Origin: Prorocentrum cordatum
Taxonomy: Eukaryota
Assembly: GCA_963575745.1 (NCBI GenBank)
Contig: CAUYUJ010000225.1
Coordinates: forward strand, 310,001 to 374,000
Direction of reading: 5' to 3'
DNA length: 64,000 bases
A model generated the notes under the pieces. It was not told the DNA's origin. It ran no database searches and saw only the letters and a program-made list of their open reading frames with translations. Positions 13,190 to 24,150 of the stretch are shown piece by piece. The first letter of the stretch is position 1. Each line of letters begins with the position of its first letter. The position numbers and the translations under genes are program-made.

Positions 13190-14890
13190 GAAGCGTCCAG
13201 AATAGAGGGTGCTGTGCAGGAGTAGGGGCACGTCTAGTATCAAAAGGGATGTGTTAAATAAGTTTGGGAAGGGGCTCGCCTAGCAGAGGGTGCTGCGCAG
13301 GGGCCTGCGCAGGAGGAGGGGCACGTCTAGCACAAAAGAGCTTTGGGGCGAGTCTGCTTGGGGAGGGGTCACGTCTAATGAAAATCAGTGGTGTAGGAGG
13401 GGCACGTCTAGCATCAAGGGTCTTCACGAATCAGCTTGGGGAGGGACCTTGCCTGGCAGAGGTTGCTGCGCAGCAGCAGAGCCCTGTCAAGGGGCAGGGG
13501 CACGTCTAGCACTGAGGAGATGTTTCACCAGCATGGGGAGGGGCCTTGTCTAATCGAGGGTGCTGTGCAATAGGGGAGGCCTGCGCAGAAGGAGGGGCGC
13601 GTCTAATATCAAAGGAGATTTCTGCACAAGCTTGGGGAGGGTCTTGCCTACTTAGCAGAGGGTGCTGTGCAGCAGCGGGGGCCTGCGTAGGGTGAGGGGC
13701 ACGTTTAGCACCAAGGAGTTGTTGTTGTAAATAGCGTTGGAAGGGGTCTTGTATGGTAGAGGGTGTTGTGCAACAGAGGAAGCCTGTGCAGGAGGAGGGG
13801 TACGGCTGGTATCAAAGGAGCTGTTTGAATCGATTTGGGGAGGAGCATGCCTACCAGAGGGCACTGTGCAGCAGAGGGGGCCTGTGAAGGGGAAGGGGTA
13901 CGTCTAGCACTCAAGAGTTGTGTTAATATTAGCTCGGCGAGGGGCATTTTCTAATAGGGGGTGCCGTGCAAGAGGAGGGGCACGTCTAGTATCCAAAGAA
14001 TTTCGAATCAGCTCGGGGAGGGGTTCTCGAATCAGCGTTGGACAAGGGGCACGTTTAGTACACAGAAATTGTCTTTTAATCATCTTAGGGAGGGGCCCTG
14101 TCTCACAGAAGGTGCTGTGCAGCAGAGGGGGCCGGTGACCGGACAGGGGCACGTCTTGTACCAAGGAGTTGTTGTTGTTTTTTTTTAATTTGCGTTGGAA
14201 GACACCTTGTCTAGTTAAGTGTGCTGCGCAACAAAGGAAGCCTGCGCAAGAGGAGGGGCATGCCTCGTATCATAGGAATTGTTTGAATCGGCTTGGGGAG
14301 GAGCTTGCCTAGCACAGGGTGCTGTGCAGCAGAGGGGCCTGCGTAGGAGGGGCGCGTCTAGCACCAAGAAGATTTGTTTACTTTGCTTGGAAAGGAGCTT
14401 GTCTAACAGAGGGTGCCGTGCAGGGCGAGGGGCACGCCTAGCACGTCAGAGTTTTTGATTAATCAACGGGGAGAGGGGTCTTGTCTAAGGGAGGGCGCTG
14501 TGCAACAGGGGAGGCCTTTGCAGAAGGAGGGGCGCGTGCTTGGGGAGGGGCTTGCGTGGCAGAGGGTGCTGTGCAACGAGGGACACGTCTAGCACCAAGG
14601 ACGTGTCTTTCTAATCATCTTGGGGGGGGGGCTTGTCATACTCATAGAAGATGCTGTGCAGCAGGGGGGGGGGCCTGTGAATGGAGAGGGGCGCGTTTAG
14701 CACCATCGAGTTGTTGTTTTAATCAACGCGGGGAGTGGCCCTCGTTTCATAGCGTGTGCCGTGCAACCGAGGAGGACCGTGCAGGAGGAGAGGCCTGCCT
14801 GGCATCAGAAGATCTGTTTGAAATCGGGTTGGGAGGAGCTTGCCTAGCACAGGGCGCTGTGCAGCAGAGGGCGCGTCTAGCACGAAGGCG
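13190..14890 (+). repeat. Diverged ~80-105-bp satellite, block 1
   Basis: Recurring GGGGCACGTCTAGCACCAAGG...AATCAGCTTGGGGAGGGGCCTTGTCTAATAGAGGGTGCTGTGCAGCAGAGGGGGCCTG. An outlier of ~1.5 units lies at ~12290-12455. Confidence 0.93.
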
Positions 14891-15096
14891 CTGCTTTTCT
14901 CCTCCTCCCTCCTCCTCCTCCTCCTCCTCCTCCTCCTCCCTCCTCCTCCTCCTCCGCCTCCTCCTCCTCCTCCTCCTACTCCTCCTCCTCCTCCTCCTCC
15001 TCCTCCTCCTCCTCCTCCTCCTCCTCCTCCTCCTCCCCCTCCTTCCCCTCCGCCTCCTCCTCCTCCTCCTCCTCCTCCTCCTCCTCCTCCTCCTCG

Positions 15097-15647
15097 TCCA
15101 CAGTTACTCAATATGAATACTGCTCTCCCTCTTCTCCTGATGACGGTTTGAAAGTATTAGCCCCCCACCCGCGTACTGTTTTTACACACAGGATTCCCCG
15201 GAGTTGGATTTCCGCCTGCATTTTTTTCCAAAATGCTGCTCTCGCTGAGGCGCCGGCCTAATTTTCGGGCCCCGCTCGTTCCGAATCGTGCTCCCGCTGC
15301 AGCTCTGGCCTCATTTCCGTGCTTCCGCTCGTTCCGAATCGTGCTCCTACTGCAGCGCTGGCCTCATTTCCGCGCTTCCGCTCGTTCCGACTCGGGCTCC
15401 CGCTGCAGCGCTGGCGTCATTTCCCGTGCCATGCCACGGCATGCAATGCAATGCTAGGTTGATACTACGCTTTGCGGTGCTCTTCTACGCCATGCCATGC
15501 CGTGCTCTACAATGCATCGCGTACCCTTTCGGGATCATTGCCCTGCTCGACATCCGACTGTGCGAGTAGAGAGGGGATCTACGCCATGGTAAAGGATGGG
15601 AGGGAGGGGTAGGATGTCAGATATGACGCGAGCGCACCTAGCTTGCC
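15097..15647 (+). mobile_element. SINE-like non-autonomous element, copy 2, between (CCT)n runs inside the ~100-bp satellite
   Basis: Colinear with 8733-9667 at both ends. The middle has short ATGC(A/C) repeats instead of (GCAC)n. Confidence 0.75.
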
Positions 15648-15734
15648 CTCCTCCCCCTCCGCCTCCGCCTCCGCCTCCTCCTCCTCCTCCTCCTCCTCCT
15701 CCTCCTCCTCCTCCTCCTCCTCCTCCTCCTCCCC

Positions 15735-18700
15735 CATCAGCTTGGGGAAGGGCCGAGTCTGATGGAGGGCGCCGTGCAGGGCGAGGCGCACGATCAGCAC
15801 CAAGAAGCCGTTGGTTGGCCCGCGGGGAATGGAGCCTTGCCTGAGAGAGGCTGCTGTCCAACAGGGGAGGCCTGTGCAGAAGGAGGGGCGCGTCTCCTCT
15901 CAAACGAGCTCGCTGCATAAGCTTGGGGAGGGTCATGTCTAGCAGAGGATGCCGTTCAGCCGCGGGGGACTGCGTACAAGGAGGGGCACGTTTAGCACCA
16001 AGGAGTTGTTGTTCTAACTAGCGTTAAAAGGAGTATAGTATCATAGAGTGTGTTGCGCAACAGAAGAGGCCTGTGCAGGAGGTGCACGTCTGGTACCACA
16101 GGAGCTGTTTGAATCGGCGTGGGGAGAAGCTTGCCTAGCAGAGGACACTGTGCAGCAGAGGGGCCTCGGCAGGGGGGCCTCCTGGGGCTCCTTGGAGGCT
16201 TCTTGGGGTCTCCCGGGAGCCTCTTCGGGCGGAAGGCTGGAGTTGTCGGTTCGTGTTTCCCCCTCGTGGGCCCCTCCTCGGGGCCTGCGTAGGAGTAGGG
16301 ACGCGTCTCGCACCAAGGAGTTGTTTAATCAGCGGGGGGAGTGGCCTTGTCTACTAGAGGGTGCTGTGCAGGGCGAAGGGCGCGTCTAGTGCCCACAACG
16401 GTTTGCGAATCAGCTTGACGAGGCGCTAGCAGAGAAGGGTGCTGTGCAGCAGAGAGGGGGCGGTGTAGGAGGGGCACGTCTAGCACTAGAGACTTGTCTT
16501 AATCAGCCTGGCGAGGGGCCGTGTCTAAGAGAGGGTGCTACGCAACACAGGGGGTCCGCACAGGGTCTCACGGGGCAACTCTAGCACAATGTGTTTCACT
16601 CATTAGCTTGGGGGGAGGCCTTGTTCAATAGAGGGTGCTGCGCAGGAGGAGGGGCACGTCTAACATCAAAGGAGCTGTTTGGACAACCTCGGGGAGGGGC
16701 CTGCCAAGCAGAGGGTGCTGTGCTTCAGTGGGGGCCTATAGGATGAGGGGCGCCTCTAGCACCCCCAAGCTTTTTTGGTAATCAGCGCGGGGGGGGCTTG
16801 TCCATTCGAGGGCGCTGTGCAGGAGGAGGGGACCGTCTTACACAAACGACTTCTGACACATCAGCCGGGGAGGGGCCCTGTCTCATAGAGGACGTTGTGC
16901 AACAGAGGGGTCCTGTGCAGGGGGGGGGGCGAGGGGCACGTCTAGTTCCCAAAGAATTGTGTGAAGATCACCTTGGCGAGGGGCATGGTCTAATAGAGGG
17001 TGCCGCGCAGGCGGAGGGGCATATCTAGTAACCAAAGCCTGTTGACTCAACTTGAGGAGGAGGCTTCTCCAGCAGAGGGCACTGTGCAGAAGAAGGGGTC
17101 CTGTGCAGGGGGGGGGGGGGGGCATGTCTGGCAGCAAGGAGCTATTGTGAATCAGCCTGGGGAGTGGCCTTTCCTCATAGAAGGTGCTGTGCAGCAGTCG
17201 GGGCCGCTGAAGGGGGAGAGGCATGTCTAGCACCAAGGGGTTCTTGCTTGACGTAGCTTCAGGAAGGGGCCTTGTCTGATAGAGGGGGGCGTGCAGGAGG
17301 AGGGGCACGTCCAACATCAAAGGGCTCATTGGATCAGCATGGGAGGGGGGCTTGCCCAGTAGAGGGTGAGTTGCAAAAGAGGGGGCTGGTGTGGAGGAGG
17401 TGTACATCCACGAAGGATGTTGTCCAACAGAGTGTGCTGTGCAAAAGAGGGGGCCTATGCAGGGGTATGTGTACGTCTAGCACCAAGGGGTTGATTAATA
17501 CGTTCGGGGAGGGGCCTTGTCTGATATACCAGTCCGTACACGGGGAGTGGCACAGAAGGAGGCCAGTGAAAACGGAGGGGCGCACCTAGCACAAGGGAGT
17601 TGTGTATAACAAGGTGTGTGAGGGGCTTTGTCTAATGGAGGGTGCTGCACAGCAGAGAAGGACTGCACAGGGTGAGGGGCGCGTCTGGCACCAATGAGCT
17701 GTTTTACTTCGGGCGAGGGGCCTTGCCTAATAGAGAGTGGTGTGGAGATGGAGGAGCACGTCGAATATCAAGGGAGCTCATTCAATCAGCGCTGGAGGGG
17801 GCTTGCCTAGCAGAGAGTGCTGTACAGCGGAGGTGGGCTGTGTAGGAGCAGTGGCACGTTTAGCACCAAGGAGACCGTGCAATGGGAGCGGCCGTGTCTA
17901 ATATATGGTGTTGTGCAAGGAGAGGGAGGCATGTGTAACACGAAGGGGATGTTGTCTAATCAACTTGGGGGGGGCCTCATCTAAAATATGGTACTGCGCA
18001 ACAGAGTAGGCATGTGAAGGGGGAGGGCCACAAGGACTTGTTTACATCAGCTTGGGGAGAGGCCTGTCTACTAGAGAATATTGTGAAGAAAGAAAGGCAT
18101 GTCTGTCACCTAAGAAGCTCATTAAGTCAGCTTCGGGGTAGGCTTGCCTAGCAGAGAGTGCTATGCAGCAGAGGGGGCCTGTTTCGGAGCAGGGGCGCGG
18201 CCAGCATCAAGGAGTTGTTTGTTATCAGCTAGGGGAGGAGCCATGTCTACTACAGGGTGCTGTGCTGAGGAAGGGGCACGTGTACCCATGATTTAATCAA
18301 ATCCGCTTGGGGAGGAGCCTTCTCTAATAGAGCACACTGTGCGGCAGAATGGGCCGGTGGCAGGGGGAGGGGCACGTCCAGCACCAAGAAACAGGTGGTT
18401 TAACCAGCTTCGGGAGGTGCCTTGGTCAATATAAAAGGTGCTGTGCACGGGGGGAAACACGTCTAGCACCAGCGTGGGGAGGCGGTGCCGTCCACGAGGA
18501 AGGGTACGTCTAGTACCCAAGGGATGTTTGAACCAGCTTGGGGAGGGGCTTGCCCAGCAGAGGGTGCTGTGCTTCAGATGGGGCCTACGCAGGAGAAGTG
18601 GCACGTCTAGCACCAGGGATTTTTTTTTTTTTTTTTTAATCATCTTGGGGAGGGCCCTTGCCTAATGGAAGGGGAGGCCGTGCAGGAGTACGGTCACGTC

Positions 18701-19445
18701 TAGCACCATGACGTCCTGTTGCAGATGCTTGGGGGGAGGCTTTGTCTCAGAGAGGGCGCTGTGCAGCCGATTGGCCCATTGAAAGGGGAGGAGCACGTCT
18801 AGCACCAAGGATTTGTTTAGAGCAGCTTCGGGAAGGGCCTTTTCTCATAAAGGGGACTTGTTCAGAAGGAGGGGCACGTCAAGTACCAAATGGGTCTTAA
18901 AGCAAGCTTGGGTGGGGGGCCTAGCCTAGCAGAGGATGCTGTGAAACAGAGGGAGACGGTGTAGAAGGAGAGAGGCGTCTAGCACCAATCGGTTTGTTTT
19001 GATCAGCTTTGGGAGGGGCCCTGTCTAATAGAACGTGCTGCGAAAACAAGGGGGCCTGTGCAGGGGAGGAGCACGTCCAGAACCACGGAGTTCCTTTTTA
19101 TCAGCTTCGGGAGAGGAATCTAATAGAGGGTGCTTCGCAGGGAAAGCGGCGTGACCAAGGATTTGTTTCAGTCAGCTTGGGGAGTGGCATGGTCTAAGAT
19201 AGGGTACTATGCAGCAGAGGGAGACTGTGTAGGAGGAGGGGCACATCGAGTGCCAATGTTCATCAGCTTGTGGATGGGGCCTTGTCTAACAGAGGGGGCC
19301 TGTGAAGGAGAAGGAGCTTGTGATCAAGTAAGGGCATGTCTAGCTCTAAAGGGCTTCCGAGATCAGCTTGGGGAGGGGCGTGCCTAGCAGCGGGGGCGTT
19401 GCAGAACGTGATGCGGGTCGGTGTAGGGGGAGGGGCACGTCCACT
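15735..19445 (+). repeat. Diverged ~80-105-bp satellite, block 2
   Basis: Same monomer as 13190-14890, several dozen degenerate copies. Confidence 0.93.
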
Positions 19446-20519
19446 GCCAGAGCACTGGACCATCGACAAACCACCAGACAACCAGATCGGAGGAACAGGA
19501 GACGTCCAGCTAGGACGCGCGCTGGAGCTAGCAAGAACCATAACGAGCTGATACGTGAGGTAATATGTGCACCAAACGTGCCATGAACGCCATGCGTGCA
19601 CCCGAACGCCACACTTCCATCCGAACGTCACAAATTTGCGGGCCGCCAAACTTCAAGCTCCACTGTGGGAACACCTTCGGGCACCATATAGTAGATGGCG
19701 CCGCATGGAGCGCGTTGTTCAGCATATGACAGACCGCGTCTCCGTCTGATGTTACGCGCTTGCGAACCTTCTCATGGGTCATCACGGGTATGCGCGCGGA
19801 TTCCATGCACGGTGGCGTGTGTTGCCTTGCTTGCTTGCGAGTTTAGGCGCTCGCTTGCTTGATGACTTTCCTGGCCGTTCCTCCCTTGCGTCCTTGATTG
19901 CTTGCCTCCCACGCACCCCATGGAGTCCAACGGAGTTCAATGGGTGTCATGGGCCCCGTGGGATTCCAATGGAACACGACGGGGCCCACTAACACACAAT
20001 GTAATCGAATTGGGCCCTGTGTGGGAAGGGGGTCCCTTTGAGCCTAACGGGCTCCTATGGGTATTCCAGGGGTGCCCCATGGAGCCTAGCAGTGTATTCC
20101 AACTGTATCCCAAATATACCTCAATGGAGGTCTGAGGAATTCCAATGGGTCCCATTGGTGTCCAAACGATTCCAACCAATCCATGGACGCATTTCAATCG
20201 AACCTAAGGGACACAACTGGAGGCCAACAGGGTCCAATGCCTTCCGACATGGATACTGGATCCCAAGATTTCCGATCGGGCAAAACTGCTCCCCCCCCTC
20301 CCTATAGGATCGCCAAAACAACTCGCCGGGAGGAGACATTGGGTGGCGGCGAGGGGAGCATCTTCCTCCTCCTCCTCGCACGTGGCCGCAGGCGGACACG
20401 TCCTCGGTCACCCTCGCTCGCGGCCGCGGCGGGTGCGGGCTACCTGCATCTTCCTCCTCCTCCTCCTCCTCCTCCTCCTCTTCCTCCTCCTCACCACCAT
20501 CATCGGTCCTTCTCAACCA

Positions 20520-21240
20520 TCCCCATCCGTCTCGAGCTTCGCTCCTCGATGTTCGTCCTGGATCACCCTCCTGCTCCTCGCTCCTCGTTCCTCCTCGATC
20601 CTCGCTTTCCTATGCGTCCTTCCCCTGCACGTCGATCCTCGAACCTCCTCCTCCTCCTCCTCATCGATCATTCTCGCCCTTTTCAGTCCTCGATCATCGA
20701 TCTTCCTCGATCCTCGCTCCTCCTCCATCCCGATCCTCATCAGCCCTGGATCCTTGATCCTCTTCCTCCTCGATTCTCCAATATAGATCCATCGCCTCGT
20801 CGTTCCACCTCCTCCCCTTCGATCCTCCCCGATCCTCGGTCCTGGATCCTTCTCGATACCCGCTGGTCGATCCTCGACCGTCCCCCTTCTAGATCCGCCT
20901 TCTTCTCTTCGATCATCCTCGACCCTGGGCCCTCTATCCTAGATCTGACTCGATCCGTCATGCCCCGATACTCGAGCCTGGAGCCTCGATCCTCCCCGAG
21001 GATCGAGGAGGATCGAGGATCAAGGAGGTGGAGGAGGATCGATGAGAAGGAGGAGGAGAATCGAGGACCGATGAGGATCGATGAAGAGGAAGAGGAGGAT
21101 CGAGGATCCAGGATCGAGGAGAAGGAGGGAGAGGAGAAGGATCGAGGATGAGTAGTAGGATGGAGGATGAAGGATGCAAGATCGAGAAGTGAGGAGGATC
21201 GAGGTTCGATGAGGGGGAGGATTGAGGAGGATCGAGGTGC
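20520..21240. repeat. GATCCTC minisatellite with an orientation switch (fold-back) at ~21000
   Basis: TCCTCGATCC units up to ~20995, then GGATCGAGGA units to ~21240. Confidence 0.85.
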
Positions 21241-21834
21241 AGTATACCCCCTCGTCGCCACTGAATGATTCCTCTCGGCGAGATTGCGGTTCGCGTTGCT
21301 GTTGGGGCTTTCACAAGAGCGGGCCCGCGAGTTAAGTAATCGTGCTAAGCCCGCTTCGTCTCCAACGTTTTTATTGATGCACATCAGGTGGTACCAAGTA
21401 ATCTTCGGAATTAGTTTACGATCCTGAGCGCCAAACTTTCAGCTGAACGCCGAACATTCGCAGGACGACAGACGTTTACCAGAACGGAAAGCTGCAGGAG
21501 GCTTAAGTGACTTAGGCAAGTTTTGTAAACCACATTGTGACTTACGGCAGATCCGTGGGCATATTAAGAAGGACTTGCCAGGGGTGAGTGACTTATCCGC
21601 CGGCCCTCTTGTGGGGCCACCAGGCTGTAGGCCGAAGGTTCGCAGTTTCCTGTGCCAGTTGCAGCTTCAAGCTTCCACTGTTACAGTTCTGCTTCTTGCT
21701 GCTTACTGTTCCTTGTTGACTTCTTGCTGCTTACTGTTCCTTGTTGATGGACCGCGCGAGGGGGGGAGGCCCAAAACGAGCTTTTTTACCACGGCCAACA
21801 CGTATTGTCTGAGTTGCTGGGGTGGGTAAAAATT

Positions 21835-23170
21835 GACACCCCTCACGCAGATCGGCGGGGTCAGGGTGCGAAAACATATGGGATTTGCAACATTTCTGAC
21901 ATTCGGTGGCACCCCTCACGCAGATCGGCGGGTTCAGGGTCCAAAAACATAGAGGAGTTGCTACAGTTCTGAAATTTGCTGGCACCCCTCACGCAGATCG
22001 GCGGGGTCAGGGTGCAACAAAAACAAAAGACTTGCCAGATTTCTGACATTCGGTGGCACCCCTCACGCAGATCGGCGGGGTTAGGGTCCAAAAACATAGA
22101 GGAGTTGCTACAGTTCTGAAATTTGCTGGCACCCCTCACGCAGATCGGCGGGGTCAGGGTGCAACAAAAACAAAAGATTTGCCAGATTTCTGACATTCGG
22201 TGGCACCCCTCACGCAGATCGGCGAGGTTAGGGTCCAAAAACACAAAGGACTTGCCACATTTCTGACATCCGGTGGCACCCCTCACGCAGATCGACGGGG
22301 TCAAGGTCCAAAAACACAAAGGATTTGCCACATTCCTAAAATTTGCTGGCACCCCTCACGCAGATCGGCGGGGTCAGGGTGCAAAAACGCATGAGATTTG
22401 CTACATTTCTGAAACTCTGTGGCACCCCTCACACTGATCGGCGGGGTCAGGGTCCAAAAACACAAAGGATTTGCCACATTCCTGCAATTTGCTGGCACCC
22501 CTCACGCAGATCGGCGGGGTCAGGGTGCAAAAACGCATGAGATTTGCTACATGTCCGACATCCGGTGGCACCCCTCACGCAGATCGACGGGGTCAAGGTC
22601 CAAAAACACAAAGGATTCGCCACATTCCTGAAATTTGCTGGCACCCCTCACGCAGATCGGCGGGGTCAGGGTGCAAAAACGCATGAGATTTGCTACATTT
22701 CTGAAATTCTGTGGCACCCCTCACACTGATCGGCGGGGTCAGGGTCCAAAAACACAAAGGATTTGCCACATTTCTGAAATTCGCTGGCACTTCTCATGCA
22801 GATCGGCGGGGTCAGGGTGCAAAAACACATGAGATTTGCTACATTTCTGAAATTCGGTGGCACTCCTCACGCAGATCGGCGGGGTCAGGGTCCAAAAACA
22901 TCCAAAAACACATGAGATTTGCTACATTTCTGAAATCCGATGGCACCCCTCACGCAGATCGGCTGGGTATTTGTAACATGTCTGAAATCCGGTGGCACCC
23001 CTCACGCGGATCGACAGGGCCAGGGTCCAAAGACCAAGAGGATTTGCTATATTTTTTCATATTCGGTGGCATCCCTCACACTGATCGGCGGGGTCAGGGT
23101 CCAAAAACACAGGGGATTTGCAACATTTCTGAAATTCGGTGGCACCCCTCACGCAGATCGGCGGGGTCTG
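21835..23170 (+). repeat. 73-bp satellite (~18 units) with 146- and 292-bp higher-order structure
   Basis: Core TGGCACCCCTCACGCAGATCGGCGGGGTCAGGGT. GGGTGCA and GGTCCA variants alternate, and ATCGACGGGGTCAAGGTCC recurs 292 bp apart (~22291 and ~22583). Confidence 0.95.
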
Positions 23171-23498
23171 GCTCACAAGAGACTTCCAACATTTTCAAAT
23201 TCGGGGAGAAGATTTGGGCACAGCATACGGGAGCAAATGGAAAATACAATATCGAGTACCACAATAGACTCGCCATCTCCATTGACGGCGGCATAAGCCC
23301 TTACGGAGAAGTCCCGCTGAGCTCCCGCACGGCCGAGAGGGCCCTTTGCCCAGGGCCCGGGGCCCCGGGCTGGAGGGGGCCCAGGGCCAGTGCCCGGGGT
23401 CCGTGGCCCGGGCCCCTGGGCCCGGGCACGACTATTCCTCCAGTGCATTTTGGGAGGGAGGGGGGGAGGGGGCGGGGGCGGGGGGGGGGGGGGCAGAA

Positions 23499-23707
23499 CG
23501 TAACTAGGGGAACAAAAAGTGGCATAGACATAAAAACTCGGAGGTCCTCGCGGATTTCTCGGCTCGGCGCTGGGGCCCTGGCGGCGCCTCCGGCGCCGCC
23601 CCTGGCGCGCTCCGCTCGCCAGGGAGGGGGCTTCAGCGCCGATCCGAGAAATCCGCCTGAACCTCCGAGTTTTGATGTTTATGCCACTTTTTGTTCCCCT
23701 AGTAACG
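23499..23707. mobile_element. MITE-like hairpin with ~80-bp imperfect arms
   Basis: CGTAACTAGGGGAACAAAAAGTGGCATAGACATAAAAACTCGGAGG is inverted as CCTCCGAGTTTTGATGTTTATGCCACTTTTTGTTCCCCTAGTAACG. Confidence 0.8.
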
Positions 23708-24043
23708 CCACCCCCCCTGCCGTGTGGGTTCAGCACCATAGACTGTGGTGCCCGAGGAGCGGTGCGTCATAGGGGGTGAAGGGTTCGGGGGGGGGGGCAT
23801 AGCCCGCGTTACAGTAGACGAGGTCGGAGGATCGCGCCGCATCGCCGACTCATCGGTGCCGCCGGCGTGAGGAAAGTCGGGCTCCGTATCGAGCAGCATC
23901 GCCGATGCATCGGCGATAGCGGCGCGATGCTCCGGCCTCATCTGCGCGTTCCCGTCTGCTCGATCTGATGCCTCGGTCCAACTGTATGGGTACAAACCCT
24001 CTCATCGTGGGTTGGCGGCGCGCACAAGGGGGTAGGGGGAGGG

Positions 24044-24150
24044 GGGAAGGCTTCTTAGAAGGAGGCAGCTTCTTAGAAGGCGCCGGCCCTACGTCTATAG
24101 ACGAGGCCCGCGCCCTCTACGAAGCAGGGGTGCTTCTAAGAAGCCTTCCC
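24044..24150. repeat. ~107-bp palindromic element
   Basis: Perfect ends GGGAAGGCTTCTTAGAAG / CTTCTAAGAAGCCTTCCC and central palindrome CGTCTATAGACG. Confidence 0.8.

Noticed and set aside
19445..19810. Unique coding-like segment on the minus strand
   Set aside because: It contains stops, lacks GC3 bias and has no recognisable motif.
21835..23170. CRISPR-like array (conserved ~35-nt core with variable intervening sequence)
   Set aside because: The intervening sequences are homologous to each other, there are no cas genes, and the context is eukaryotic. It is a satellite.
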